The notes beneath the pieces are model-generated. The model was given only the letters and a program-made list of their open reading frames with translations, was not told the DNA's origin and ran no database searches. Below, piece by piece: positions 30,405-46,070 of a stretch of DNA of 64,000 nt. Source of the DNA: Eledone cirrhosa (Eukaryota). The stretch is from the NCBI GenBank assembly GCA_964016885.1, contig OZ024751.1, positions 48,980,001 to 49,044,000 of the forward strand. Direction: 5' to 3'. Position numbers and translations under genes: made by a program. Every line of letters starts with the position of its first letter. Within the stretch, counting starts at the first letter, position 1.

Positions 30405-33400
30405 ACAATAACACTACCAACACCACTACCAACACCACCACCAACACCACTACCAACACCACTACCAACACCACTACCAACACCACTACGAACACTACTA
30501 CCAACACGACTACCAACACTACTACCAACACCACCACCAACACCACTACCAACACCACTACCAACACCACTACCAACACCACAACCAACAACACTACCAA
30601 CACTACTACCAACACTACTACCAACACAACTACCAACACCACTACCAACACCACTACCAACATCACTACCAACACCACTACCAACACCACTACAAACACC
30701 ACTACCAACACCACTAACAACACCACTACCAACACCACTACCAACACCACTACAGACACCACTACCAACACCACTACAAACACCACTACCAACACCACTA
30801 ACAACACCACTACCAACAGCACCACCATCACGACTACAACACCACTACCAACACCACTACCACCACCATTACCAACAGCACTACCAACACTACTACCAAC
30901 ACCACTACCAACACCACTACCACCACCATTACCAACAGCACTACCAACACCACTACCAACACCACTACCAACACCACTACCAACACAACTACTAACACCA
31001 CTACGAACATCATTACCAACACCACTACCAACACCACTACCAACACCACTACCAACACTACTACCAACACCACTACCACCACTACCAACACCACTACCAC
31101 ACCAACACCACTACCAACACCACTACCAACACCACTACCAACATCACGACCAACATTACTACCAACACCACTACCAACAACACTACCAACACCACTACTA
31201 ACACCACTACCAACACCAACACCACTACCAACACCACTACCGCCACTACCAACACAACTACCAATACCACTACCAACACCACTACGAACAACATTACCAA
31301 CGCCACTACAAACACCACTACCAACACCACTACCAACACCACTACCAACACCACTACCAACACCACTACCAACACCACTACCAACACCACTACCAGCAAC
31401 ACTACCAACACCACTACCAACACCACTGCCAATACCACTGCCAACACCACTACCAACACCACTGCCAACACCACTACCAACACCACTACCAACACCACTG
31501 CCAATACCACTGCCAACACCACTACCAACACCACTACCAACACCACTACCAACATCACGACCAACACCACTACCAACACCACTACCAACACCACTACCAA
31601 CACCACTACCAACACCACTACCAACAACACTACCAACATCACTACCAACACCACTACCAGCAACACTACCAACACCACTACCAACACCACTGCCAATACC
31701 ACTACCAACACCACTACCAACACCACTACCAACACCACTACCAACACCACTACCAACATAATACCAACACCACTACCAACACCACTACCAACACCACTAC
31801 CAACACCACTGCCAACACTACTAACAACACCACTACCAACACCACTACCAACACCACTACCAACACAACTACCAACCTCACTACCAGCAACACTACCAAC
31901 ATCACTACCAACACCACTACCAAAACCACTACCAACACCACTACCAACATAATACCAACACCACTACCAATACCACTACCAACACCACTACCAACACCAC
32001 TACCAACACCACTACCAACACTACTACCAACACCACTACCAACACCACTACCAACACAACTACCAACACCACTACCAACACCACAACCAACAACACTACC
32101 AACACTACTACCAACACTACTACCAACACAACTACCAACACCACTACCAACACCACTACCAACATCACTACCAACACCACTACCAACACCACTACAAACA
32201 CCACTACCAACACCACTAACAACATCACTACCAACACCACTACCAACACCACTACAGACACCACTACCAACACCACTACAAACACCACTACCAACACCAC
32301 TAACAACACCACTACCAACACAATTACTAACACCACTACCAACACTACTACCAACACCACTACCAACACCACTACCAACACTACTGCCAACACCACTACC
32401 AACACCACTACCAACACCACTACCAACACCACTACCAACACAACTACTAACACCACTACCAACACTACTACCAACACCACTACCAACACCACTACCAACA
32501 CTACTGCCAACACCACTACCAACACCACTACCAACACCACTACCAACACCACAACCAACACCACTACCAACACAACTACTAACACCACTACCAACACTAC
32601 TACCAACACCACTACCAACACCACTACCAACACTACTGCCAACACCACTACCAACACCACTACCAACACCACTACCAACACCACTACCAACACCACTACC
32701 AACACAACTACTAACACCACTACCAACACTACTACCAACACCACTACCAACACCACTACCAACACCACTACCAACACCACTACCAACACAACTACCAACA
32801 TTACTACCAACACCACTACCAACACCACTACCAACACCACTACCAACACCACTACCAACACCACTACCAACACCACTACCAACACCACTACCAACACCAC
32901 TACCAACACAACTACCAACACCACTACCAACACAACTACCAACATTACTACCAACACTACTACCAACACCACTACCAACACCACTACCAACACCACTACC
33001 AACACCACTACCAACACCACTACCAATACCACTACCAACATCACTACCAACACTTCTACCAACACCACTACCAACACCACTACCAACACCACTACCAACA
33101 CCACTACCAACATCACTACCAACACCACTACCAACACCACTACCAACACCACTACCAACACCACTACCAACACCACTACCAACACCACTACCAACACCAC
33201 TACCAACACAACTACCAACACCACTACCAACACCACTACTAACACCACTACCAACACCACTACCAACACAACTACCAACACTACTACCAACACCACTACC
33301 AACACCACTACCAACACCACTACCAACACAACTACCAACACCACTACCAACACTACTACCAACACCACTACCAACACCACTACCAACACCACTACCAACA

Positions 33401-34945
33401 CCACTACCAACATCACTACCAACACCACTACCAACACCACTACCAACACCATTACCAACACAACTACCAAAACCACTACCAACACTACTACCAACACCAC
33501 TACCAACACCACTACCAACACCACTACCAACACTACTACCAACACCACTACCAACACCACTACCAACACCACTACCAACACCACTACCAACATCACTACC
33601 AACACCACTACCAACACCACTACCAACACCACTACCAACACAACTACCAACACCACTACCAACACTACTACCAACACCACTACCAACACCACTACCAACA
33701 CCACTACCAACATCACTACCAACACCACTACCAACACCACTACCAACACCACTACCAACACAACTACCAACACCACTACCAACACTACTACCAACACCAC
33801 TACCAACACCACTACCAACACCACTACCAACACCACTACCAACACAACTACCAACATCACTACCAACACCACTACCAACACCACTACCAACACCACTACC
33901 AACACAACTACCAACATCACTACCAACACCACTACCAACACCACTACCAACACCACTACCAACACAACTACCAACACTACAACCAACACCACTACCAACA
34001 CCACTACCAACACCACTACCAACACCACTACCAACACCACTACCAACACAACTACCAACACCACTACCAACACTACTACCAACACCACTACCAACACCTC
34101 TACCAACACTACTGCCAACACCACTACCAACACCACTACCAACACCACTACCAACACCACTACCAACACCACTACCAACACCACTACCAACACCACTACC
34201 AACACCACTACCAACACTACTACCAACACCACTACCAACACCACTACCAACACCACTACCAACACCACTACCAACACCACTACCAACACCACTACCAACA
34301 CCACTACCAACACTACTACCAACACCACTACCAACACTACTACCAACACCACTACCAACACCACTACCAACACTACTGCCAACACCACTACCAACACCAC
34401 TACCAACACCACTACCAACACCACTACCAACACCACTACCAACACCACTACCAACACCACTACCAACACCACTACCAACACCACTACCAACACTACTACC
34501 AACACCACTACCAACACCACTACCAACACTACTGCCAACACCACTACCAACACCACTACCAACACCACTACCAACACCACTACCAACACCACTACCAACA
34601 CCACTACCAACACCACTACCAACACCACTACCAACACTACTGCCAACACCACTACCAACACCACTACCAACACCACTACCAACACCACTACCAACACCAC
34701 TACCAACACCACTGCCAACACCACTACCAACACCACTACCAACACCACTACCAACACAACTACCAACACCACTACCAACACTACTACCAACACCACTACC
34801 AACACCACTACCAACACTACTGCCAACACCACTACCAACACCACTACCAACACCACTACCAACACCACTACCAACACCACTACCAACACCACTACCAACA
34901 CAACTACTAACACCACTACCAACACTACTACCAACACCACTACCA
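30405..34945. repeat. 4.5-kb minisatellite of 12-bp unit (ACCAACACCACT)n, roughly 375 units
   Basis: Direct reading; accounts for the TTTN, PTPL, GVGS and VVLV ORFs. Confidence 0.97.
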
Positions 34946-35230
34946 GCAACAGTAGCAACATCAAGAACATAAAAAGACACATGCAACATCAGCAGAGACG
35001 AAAACCAGCAGCAACCTTGTAATCCCCTTCCTTGATCCAGGCAGTTATTTTCCTTTAATCACTATTATTAGTATTATTTTTGCTATTAATATTATTATTG
35101 TCATTTCTTCTTCTACATGAATCCGAGAAGACCATCTAAAACAGATGTTGTTACTCTTGACGTATAAAGAGGGGGGGGGGGCACCATTCCCGTCACCCAC
35201 GCATCCGCCAAATAAAATATGCGCACATGT

Positions 35231-35270
<40 letters not shown>

Positions 35271-35285
35271 ATATATGTATATATG

Positions 35286-35317
<32 letters not shown>

Positions 35318-35396
35318 TGCATTATATATATATATATATAATATATATATATGCATTATATATATATATATATGTATTATATATATATATATGCAT

Positions 35397-35427
<31 letters not shown>

Positions 35428-35747
35428 GTATATATATATATGTATATATATATATATGCATTATATATATATATATATAATATATATATATGCATTATAT
35501 ATATATATATGTATTATATATATATATGTATGTATGTATATATATGTATATATATATATATGTATATATATGCATTATATATATATATATATATGCATTA
35601 TATATATATATATATGCATTATATATATATATATATGCATTATATATATATATATGTATGTATGTATATATATGTATATATATATATGTATATATATATG
35701 CATTATATATATATATATATATGCATTATATATATATATATATGCAT

Positions 35748-35782
<35 letters not shown>

Positions 35783-35830
35783 GTATATATATGTATATAT
35801 GTATATATATATATATATGTATATATATGC

Positions 35831-35913
<83 letters not shown>

Positions 35914-36072
35914 ATGCGTGTGTTTTAATGTATATATGTATGTGTGTGTGTGTAAGAAATATATTTTTGTAAAAATGAAAATGAAAATTATAGTAAATAC
36001 ATAAAAGATACAAGCACGCGCACGTTCATATCCCTCTCTCCCGCGTATACCCTCACACATACTCACATACAC

Positions 36073-36134
<62 letters not shown>

Positions 36135-36138
<4 letters not shown>

Positions 36139-36423
36139 AAAGTTTTATTTAAAATTGTAGGGTTACAACGAGTAAATATTTTATAACTGATATAAAAGCA
36201 CTCAACAGTTTTTGGAGTAGGTTTACGATATTAAACTACCAAATCAACTTTTTAAATGGAAGTTGCACTGTTCTAGGTATGCCAAATTTATTTATAAAAC
36301 GGTTTATATATTGTATTTTGTCTGAGGAAGGCATACCATATGTTTAATATGGTATCCCTGAAATATATATAATGAAATAAATATGGTTTTATAAATATAG
36401 TTTCCATTTGTTTAATATCGTAT
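36135..36423. mobile_element. Family B element (inverted tail followed by forward body)
   Basis: Reverse-complement tail at 36135-36236, then tgt-CTGAGGA-AGGCATACCATAT...ATATGGTATCCCT-GAAA at 36322-36363. Confidence 0.75.
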
Positions 36424-37043
36424 ATATATATATATAAGCTTCTGTATGAAGAAGATAATATAATATATATATATAACTTATAATACAAACTAGTATAAAG
36501 TAATATCTCTACCAGCTTGTGTAGCCACCCACCGTACTCTGTATATCATACATCACAGTACGAAGCTCCTCATACTAAGACGCACCCACCGTGCTCTCCA
36601 AGAAAAAATTATCTCATTCTCTAACGCAGCATATACCTGTACTGTCTTACGTAGACAGATTACTTTATATATACACACACATATATACACAGTTATATAA
36701 ACCTGTGGAAGTATGTATATATTTGGCATACTAGGGTCTGTTCTGTTATACACAATTTGTCTATTTTATATCTGGCGGAGACCATTTCATTCCAGGTCTG
36801 AACACGACTTTTGTTAGAAGAGAGAGAGAGAGGGAGGGAGGGAGAGAGAGAGGGAGAGAGAGAGAAAGAGAGAGACAAGAAGCTAGCAGCGAACTAAGGC
36901 TTTTTATCATACACAGAAGGATGAAAGAAATATGTCACATCGGAGTGTTTTGAACTCCGTGAGATGAAATTCAGAACAAATACCGCTAAGCTTTAGATCC
37001 GGCCTTTTAAGGATTCTGCCAATTCGCCATGCATCCATGTGTG

Positions 37044-37125
<82 letters not shown>

Positions 37126-37221
37126 ATTTGTATATATATATATTTATATATATATATATATATATATGCATACACTTATTTGTTTATGTATGTAGATACA
37201 TTTATATATATAAATGCATAA

Positions 37222-37260
<39 letters not shown>

Positions 37261-37265
<5 letters not shown>

Positions 37266-38009
37266 ATATGGGTGAGTAGAATACTGCTGGTTGCACATGG
37301 ATAACATGTTATAAAATGAGTCCCTCATCAGTGATTTACCAAACGATCATGGGTATTTCATCGCATTAAAAATCATATACCTCACGTTGGAGCGATAATA
37401 ACTAAAATAAGTTATTAGGACAAAAGAAACGCGTAAAGCGAGTGAGACAAGTAAACAACACAGGGGGAAGCTAACCGAAGATGGAAATAAACACAAGCAA
37501 CATAGTTATTCTTTCAGCATAAGCTGTGTGAATATATGAGCGAGTCAAGAAAACAGACCTTTCGCTAGTGAATCCGGTGTTAGAAAGAATGAAAACCGTT
37601 TTCCCAGCGAACGGGAGGAAGAAAGAAGGGAGAAACAGGGACTGAGTGAGTGGGAGTGCGAGGAAGAGGTCAGTAGAGAGAAAGAGTTAACTGACGTGGC
37701 AGAGGGGACGAAACAAAGTAAGAGAGTAAGAGAGAACGAGGGAGCAGTAAGAGTGTAAGAGAGAAACGCAGAATTGCAGTTTGGGTAAATATATGAAAAT
37801 ATGGGTGAGTAGAATACTGCTGGTTGCACATGGATAACATGTTATAAAATGAGTCCCTCATCAGTGATTTACCAAACGATCATGGGTATTTCATCGCATT
37901 AAAAATCATATACCTCACGTTGGAGCGATAATAACTAAAATAAGTTATTAGGACAAAAGAAACGCGTAAAGCGAGTGAGACAAGTAAACAACACAGGGGG
38001 AAGCTAACC
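37261..38009 (-). mobile_element. Family G element: 216-bp direct terminal repeats around a 317-bp non-coding core, TA-flanked (retrozyme or mini-Penelope-like)
   Basis: 37261-37476 appears identical to 37794-38009; each contains TCATCAG (CTGATGA on the minus strand); (TA)n on both sides. Confidence 0.75.
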
Positions 38010-38089
38010 ATATATATATATATATATCAAGGGCGGTGCCCCACCATGGACTTAGCCGGATGGCTGGGACAGGTAAATGAGTAAAAGAG

Positions 38090-38135
<46 letters not shown>

Positions 38136-38190
38136 TATATATATATATATATATATATATCTATATATATATATATATTTATTTATATAT

Positions 38191-38271
38191 ATTGGGTCAC
38201 ATAGTATGAAATTTGAAGAAAGTTGTTCTTTTTCTACAAATTCCTGCAAATTTCATACTTGACGACCCAAT
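38191..38271. repeat. Short TA-flanked imperfect inverted repeat
   Basis: ttgggtc..agtatgaaatttg / caaatttcatact..gacccaa. Confidence 0.7.
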
Positions 38272-38636
38272 ATATATGTACATTCATATATATACATATA
38301 TATAAATGTATATATAGTGTATTTTGAAATACACTGTATGCTTAATTGAAAGCATTTTGAAGACCTTACGCTATTGTTTTAAAGTACTGACTTTGTCACT
38401 TCTTTTTTCAGCAAACAAAGGGAGTTCAGCTCACAGATCTCTGTTGCGTAATGTTGGTACTCCTCGGAGCTTAGCACTCCCTTTGCCTGCTGAAAATTAT
38501 AAATGTTCGATTCTTATAAAATTCCAGTAATAATTAGAATTGGTGCTCTGAAATAGCGATATATATATCAATGTATATATAGTGTATTTGGTAACACACT
38601 GTATGCTTAATTAAAAGCAGGAGTACCAACAGTACG

Positions 38637-38690
<54 letters not shown>

Positions 38691-38843
38691 TTTTACATAT
38701 ATATATATATATATATACATATATACATGCACATAATCTTAGCCAATTATACATCTATACCTTTTCTATCCTTGTATCTATCTATATTTAAAGATACATT
38801 CAAATGTATACACGCACACACACACATGCAAACACACATACAC

Positions 38844-38878
<35 letters not shown>

Positions 38879-39236
38879 TTTATATACACACACATTAATA
38901 AATATGGAAAATATAAAATACACAAATCTGTAATGAGAATCATCGAAGATTGTTTTGTAAGTCTTTTACACTTGGAATCAGATTTACCAATTCCAGTAAC
39001 GAAACATTTCATATCCCCAGGAACGCAATACCAATGCCATTTACAGATGTTTCTTATTAGAAATATTGTGTGTTGGTGGTCGCCGTTCATATTGGTATTA
39101 GCAGCGTTCTTGCTATTGTTGTTGTGAAAACATGAAATCATCATCATCATCGCCATCATTATTTTTATAACTATTTTTTTTTTCTTTGTGTTATCAATGT
39201 TAAGGTTATTATTAATGTTTTTCTTGTTGCAGGTCA

Positions 39237-39237
<1 letters not shown>

Positions 39238-39267
<30 letters not shown>

Positions 39268-39355
39268 CTTCTTCTTCTTCTTCTTCTTCTTCTTCTTCTT
39301 CTTCTTCTTCTTCTTCTTCTTCTTCTTCTTCTTCTCATTCTTCATCATCTTCTTC

Positions 39356-39390
<35 letters not shown>
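39238..39390. repeat. (TTC)n followed by (TTA)n microsatellite
   Basis: Direct reading. Confidence 0.95.
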
Positions 39391-40593
39391 GTTCTTTGAG
39401 TCTCAGTCATTGATGTTAGTTAACTGGAAAGTTTGTTGAAATGAATATCAAGCCACTACCTGCAGCCTCAGATATTCAGGACGTATCGGAGTGTTCTTGC
39501 TGTTCCCAGCAAGCATGCCTTTTGAAGCGTTCACATCTTCTTCTTCGTCGTTGTCGTCGCCATCATTCTTTAAATCTTCTTCTTGGTGTTGTTGTTGATG
39601 GTGGTGGTGGTGCTGTTGTAGGTGGTTCTGGTGCCTTTGGTGTTGTTGTTGTTATTGAAAGAGGCTGGATTAGCCTCGGACAAGATGTTCCGAGTTATTT
39701 ACTTACGATTTTTCTACGTTCTGAATTCGAATCCCGCCGAAGTTAATTTTGATATTCCTCCTTCAGGGGTCAATAAAATCAAATACTTAAATCAAGATCT
39801 CAAGAACCGGGGTCGTTGTAATCGATTTTGCTCTAGTTTGCTGACTTTGTGTCACTGTTAGAAATTCTTCTTATTAGGTTTTACAATACTTTTGGTTTGG
39901 CAGAATTGTTAGGGGTTCCAAAATAATACTCTCTTTCCTATAATTCATTATGGCTCTTTGCCATCTAAATTCAAATCCTACCTCACTGCCTTGAGGCTCG
40001 ATAAAATGAATTTATAGTTGACTACTTGGAGTAATTGTTTTTTACCCTTTCTTCGAAAATAACTCATTTGTATCATCTTTATTGGTAATAATAAAGAAAC
40101 TATTATTGGTAATAATATTAATGATAATAATTTAGTAAACCGATGCAGGTATAAGGTAATGACGATGACGTCTATAGCAATAGTGTGAAGGATAACGTTG
40201 AAGTTGACCATGATGATATTGATGATGATGATGATAACGATGATAATAACGACGACAACGACGATGTTGGAAATATTTGCTGATGGTCATTACGTTTTTG
40301 GCGATGATGATGGTTTTGGCGGCGGTGATGGTAAATCTAAGGAAGATTACGATGATAGGAAGTAAAAATAAAATTAGACAAAATAAAAAGAAATAAGCAA
40401 GAAGCTAGAAAAAATCATATTTTTCTGACTTTTCTAATCACGTAAAAGATTATAACCTAAACAGCTGCATGTTCTCTTCGCTGTGCGGATTATTGTCCGT
40501 GTGTCGGCTTTTAGATGGATAAAGAACCTAACAGCAACAACAAACAACAACAACATCAAACAACAACAACAACAGTAATAACTATAATAAGAA

Positions 40594-40985
40594 TAATTTT
40601 TTCTACATTAGACACAGGACCAACAATTTTGAGGCGATGGGAAAGTCGATTAAATCGACCCCAGTGTATTACTAATACTATATTTTATCGACCCCGTAAG
40701 GATGAAAAGCAAAGTTAACCTCGGCGGGATTTGAACTCAGATCATAAAGGGGCGTAACTCTATGCTTCAAATCACGGTGTCCGATACTCAACCGATACTG
40801 CCAATCCACCGCCCTAACAACAACAACAATAATAAAAATAATGGTTTCCACTTTAGGCACAATGCCAAACATTTTGAGGGGATGGGAAAGTCGTTTAAAT
40901 TGACCCAAATGCATTACTGGTACTTTATTTCATCGACCCTGTAAGGATAAAAATCAAAGCTAACCTCGACAGGATTTGAACTGAA
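40594..40985 (-). mobile_element. Two tandem type 1 SINE copies
   Basis: ttttatcgaccccgtaaggatgaaaagcaaagttaacctcggcgggatttgaactcag...ccgatactgccaatccaccgcc; second partial copy at 40838-40985. Confidence 0.85.
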
Positions 40986-43900
40986 ATAGTTGGGAGTGGG
41001 AACACTTATACAAATAGTTTCTATGGGGACAGGTCTATTATATTGATAGCAGTACATGACTGGTACTTTATATTAACGAGAATGCAAAACGACCACAGCA
41101 TATAGGACAACTGCAACAGTACATTCCATATAACTCTGAGTTAGAAGTCCTTACGCCATTATCGCCATCTTCATCATTATCATCATCATCAACATCATGA
41201 GGATCATAATCATCATCATAAACAACTCAAACTCCTCAAATTGAATATTGTATGATAATAATTAAATATACGATATTTAAAAAGAAACAACACAGAGATA
41301 AATATTTAAGTAAATATCAATTATAAACTTCAACAATGTACTATTTTTATCAGATAAAAACGAAATAAAGTACTCAACGTGATCCTATAGTAATTTCAAT
41401 TATAATTTATTTTAATGTTTAATTATATTACTTATTTTTTTTATATTTAATTTCAAAAGATTGTTCTCCATTGACAGAGAATTAAATTAAAGGCGACATT
41501 ATTCCTGTCGTTATTATCGTTATAGCAAAAAAATATGATTATTAACATTATTATTATATTTAACATTTAGCAATGTAGACTATAGAGAGGTGTGATTATA
41601 CAATAGGGCCCTATTCCCATGAAATTCATCAACAACTAAGAATGTAGAGAGAGAGAAGGAGAAGAAGAATTAACCAGCTTAGGTTTTACCTTAACAATTT
41701 ATAGGAAGACAAAGCAATTACACAATGTTCTCCTTAAACTCGCGGCATGTGACAACATTATTCAAATTAATTCTCTCTGTGTCTTCCTCTCAAGCGTCCT
41801 ATCTTTTCCCTTCGTTTTCTTTCTTTGTTTTTTTTCTGCTTTTTTTTTTAGTTTTACAACAATTAAAAATGACAAGAAATGAAAACGAAAGATTAAAAAA
41901 TAACAAAAACTTTTAAATTAATTAATATAAATAAAAAAAACCCTGAAACATTCAAGAACAATCAATGGCAAAGAATAATAAACAAAATTATAAAAGAATT
42001 GAAACAAAGACAATGTAAAGAATCAATCAACGCCATATATATATATATATATGTAAAAAAAAATCAATCTACGCTATACATATATATATATATGTATGTA
42101 AATGTATTGTGTGTGGATAATTACGGAAATGAATCAAATTTCTATTGTTATTGAAAAAAAACGCAAGAAAAACAGACATAAAGGGACAACAATAAGACGA
42201 AAAGGAACTATTATTTTAATTTCTACAGAGAATCTGTTCTTTTTTATTAACGCCATACAACTAATTTTTCAAAGTTCTTTCAATCTTTTGCAAGCAATAT
42301 CTCGAAAAAATGAACTCAACGTATTATCTAAAAGGATATAGAGAGTGATGTTAATGGTGATGAGGATGATGATAATAGTGGTGATGAATGATCCTAAATG
42401 CATTCCTGAAAGACTCTCCATGTAGTCCTATTTATAGCATTGTTTCGTACCAATGAATAGCAGAATGACGGCTGTACCATGCGATAACCCATGACGTATA
42501 GTATGGTACCTTGTGATATGATAAAAATATTACAGACACATCTAAACTATAATAAAGTAAGGAGTGCGGGACTGCGTCCAGAATATATTTGTTTATCCCA
42601 TTAGTAAAATAAGTTGGATTACTTTGAATAAATAATGAATGAACATTACATAATGTATTTACTAAATTTCCTTATTCTTGATTAAATATAAATAATTAGG
42701 TTGATTATTTTAAGATTCACTTCTTTAAAATTTTCAAATGTCAAAACTTCCGGTTAGTGATCGCTTAAATAAACATTCATATTTTCACTAATTTTCTCCT
42801 AATGTAGTTTATATATAATGTCGTCTTTTTTAAACGTACCATGGATTACGTTAGTGATTATTTAAGACAGTGTAACGCAGTCTTGGTTCAATTTTTGTGT
42901 ATTACGATTTTTGTCAATTACGATTTCATTTGATATCTACATGCATATATACTTGCGTATAATATCAAAATGCACACTACCCGAAGGGGGTTTTTCTGCT
43001 AGTAAATATAATGATATATAGGCGGACGTTTCGATGGTGTGTTCAACTAAATGGATAATTAAACTGATACGGCGTGAGTTAGGTTAAATGAAATATGCAT
43101 TCCTTCATTGGATCGAACACCTCGGTGTATTCCATATTGATATTATTGTATTTCTGGGGGAGAATCTAAACTCATCATCCGTACTCAGTTTAAGTGTAGG
43201 AGTACCTCTGTAACTTTTACAATTTAGAACATGAAGTGGGTGGATTGACAGATTCGTAAAAGCGACAATTTCGAAGAGGTAAACTTTGGCTTTTGTCATT
43301 CGGTGGTCTTTAAAGTAAATATTCTTCTTGTGTATAGTCGTTATAATCGACTTTGTCTTCTTCTAAAGATTGCTGACCTTGTGCCAAAACTAGAAAAAAT
43401 CATTATTCCGAACTTAGATTTATGCGTTTTCTTTCATAATTTACTGGATTCAGCCATGAACAGCCGCTTTGCTGAGGAAACACTCTCGATGTTATTAGTC
43501 GATCATGATCATATAGACCCAATACCTATTGTAGTTTGATACTTATTTTATCAATCTATATTTATTGAATCGCAAATCTAATGGGAATAAATTAGTCTTT
43601 TGGACACCAAGGCGCTGGAATGTACCATTGATTCTATATTAGAAAACTCCTTATTGTAATATGTATACATTTATCTATCCCCTACCCGCTATAATTCTAT
43701 AGTGGAGGGGGGGGGGTATTACGTTATGTCCCAGTGTAATGATGGAAAAGTTAGTTATATTACTACACCTTTTTAAATTCTTAATTATTTTCACTAAGAT
43801 TTGAACGTTATTGGTCGTTTCTTTCATTGGAGATATAGTAATGTTTCGTTACTATATAATCAACAATTTTCTCTTCCTCTCAGATTTTATTGCCTATATT

Positions 43901-46038
43901 TATATAATCATAATATTCATTATTATTATTATTGCAGTAGATAACAGGATTAACAGAGAAATATTTCTACATAGAATAAGACACACAATTGGAAGTATAA
44001 TAATTGGGAATTCTTTCTTATAACTACAGAAAATCAAGAGAATACACCATTTACTAGTATGTATATATCTACCAACTGTAAATATTACGATTGGCGTTTT
44101 TTTTAAAGCATTGAAATATCATAAAGTTTAATTGGACGCAAAATATGATTTATATGTCTAATTAATTAGCCAACGTATTCCTTAATTATTTATGCAATAC
44201 ATGATGTACGTATAGGAAGTAATATATATAGAATGGTGACTACGTTGAATATACTTTGGAAAAAAATGAAATATACTTCAAACTTGAAACACATGATTGT
44301 AGGAAAAGAACCCAAATAAAAAAAATGCTAAATATGTCACATTGGATACACTACTATGCATGGGAGTAAAGCAACTATATTGCCTGAGTCTAGATACAGG
44401 GAATGTTTTTCTAATAACTGCAGTTTTCAAAATTCCATTGCTTTTGTTTATTATATAATGGAATACAATAAAATATAGAGTCACTATTTTACGGTTTGAA
44501 CTCTATCAATTCGCATATAAAAACTTACCGATAAATGACATTTACTCAGATTTACGTTGCGAGCTCTTACGAATCAAAGAGTCTAGAACACAAAAGGGAA
44601 TAAGCCTTTTCCCTATATAAGGTTTTAATTCCAAGACAATCTATTCGTTTATGTCAAATACACGCACTCATACACACATGCATAAAAAACACACACGCAC
44701 ATATATATATACACACACACACATACAAAAAAGAACAAAAAACTAAACAAAAAAAAAAACAATTGCGATCAGCAACATAATGCAGACTTAGACATTTCTA
44801 GAAAATGTCAATATATTGAGAAATGCACTTAATAACCACGAGGGAAAAAGACTCGAGAGAAAAAATAATAATATCATTTCCTATAAGCCAATTATTTGGA
44901 ATTATGGACGACGAGTATGATGTTCAGATTTGACGTAATGAAATAAGGTCATTTTATCGAGCTTACCATATATTAAATACCTTATATTATACGTTACCAT
45001 AAGTAATGTACAAATCGGACACCCTTATCCGCAGAAAGCAATATTTGCACTCTACTTACACGTATTAAGTGTTTACTTAGTTATTGTTTCAATGTTTTAA
45101 GTACATTAAATGGTATTATAAATACCCACTCTAATGTATATAATCTCAAATGGGTATGAATTTTAGTGTAAGCACACATATGGATATAAATAATAAAGAT
45201 GGGAATAGATAACAAAACGTAAGAATCCATCTCTTTCGCTTTCACTCTCCTTTTCTCTCTCCCTCTCTCTCATATATGAAATGTTTAAAAGTATGGAAAT
45301 ACAGCACTTGATATTAAACTTACTAAATATATTTTCACTTTGTTTTTAGTTGTTGGTGTTGGTGTTGGTGGTTCACTTATGATATCAGTTGTCCGAAATG
45401 ACTTCAGAATAACAATGAAATAGATAAATACTTAGGTATAAACAAAATGATTCACACACACACATATATATACTATATATATATATGTGCGTGCTGAGTT
45501 GAAGAGTGAAGCAAATAGCTATATATAAAGAAAGACTTGGTCAAATCATAGATTTGTTTTTACTCAGCTTATAACACAGTCATACCCAGGGGAAAATAAT
45601 TGAGAATTAAAAAAAAACGAATACGAAACCAAAGTTTATTCTAAATTTACAGCGAATGTTTAGCCATACTTACATCTCCTTGTTTCTATCTTGGTTTTTG
45701 CGATGGATAGTTGATTTTAAAACAGATATTTAGAATTTCTACTTAAATAAATTGCCGCCCTTTTATACATAATGACCGTCTCGACTGTGCACTGGTTTGT
45801 GGTAACTAGAACAAGGGAGAGACAAATGCTATCTTCTGACAGGAGGAAATAAGCTAGGTTAGACTTGCCAGAAAGAGGAGGCACATCCCACGGGAAACCA
45901 AACACTACGCGTGACGTTATGCAATATATTTCCCTCACCTTGCCCATAACACATCTTGGTCTGAGTGCTTCGTTATGATGGCAAAAATATTTGCCCACGC
46001 AGAATTTAAACCTGAATGCCGACCTCAATACACCAACG

Positions 46039-46069
<31 letters not shown>

Positions 46070-46070
<1 letters not shown>

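Noticed and set aside
31750-34989. 1079-aa (GVGS)n and 1013-aa (VVLV)n minus-strand ORFs
   Set aside because: Automatic result of a stop-free 12-bp repeat; no unique domain or gene context.
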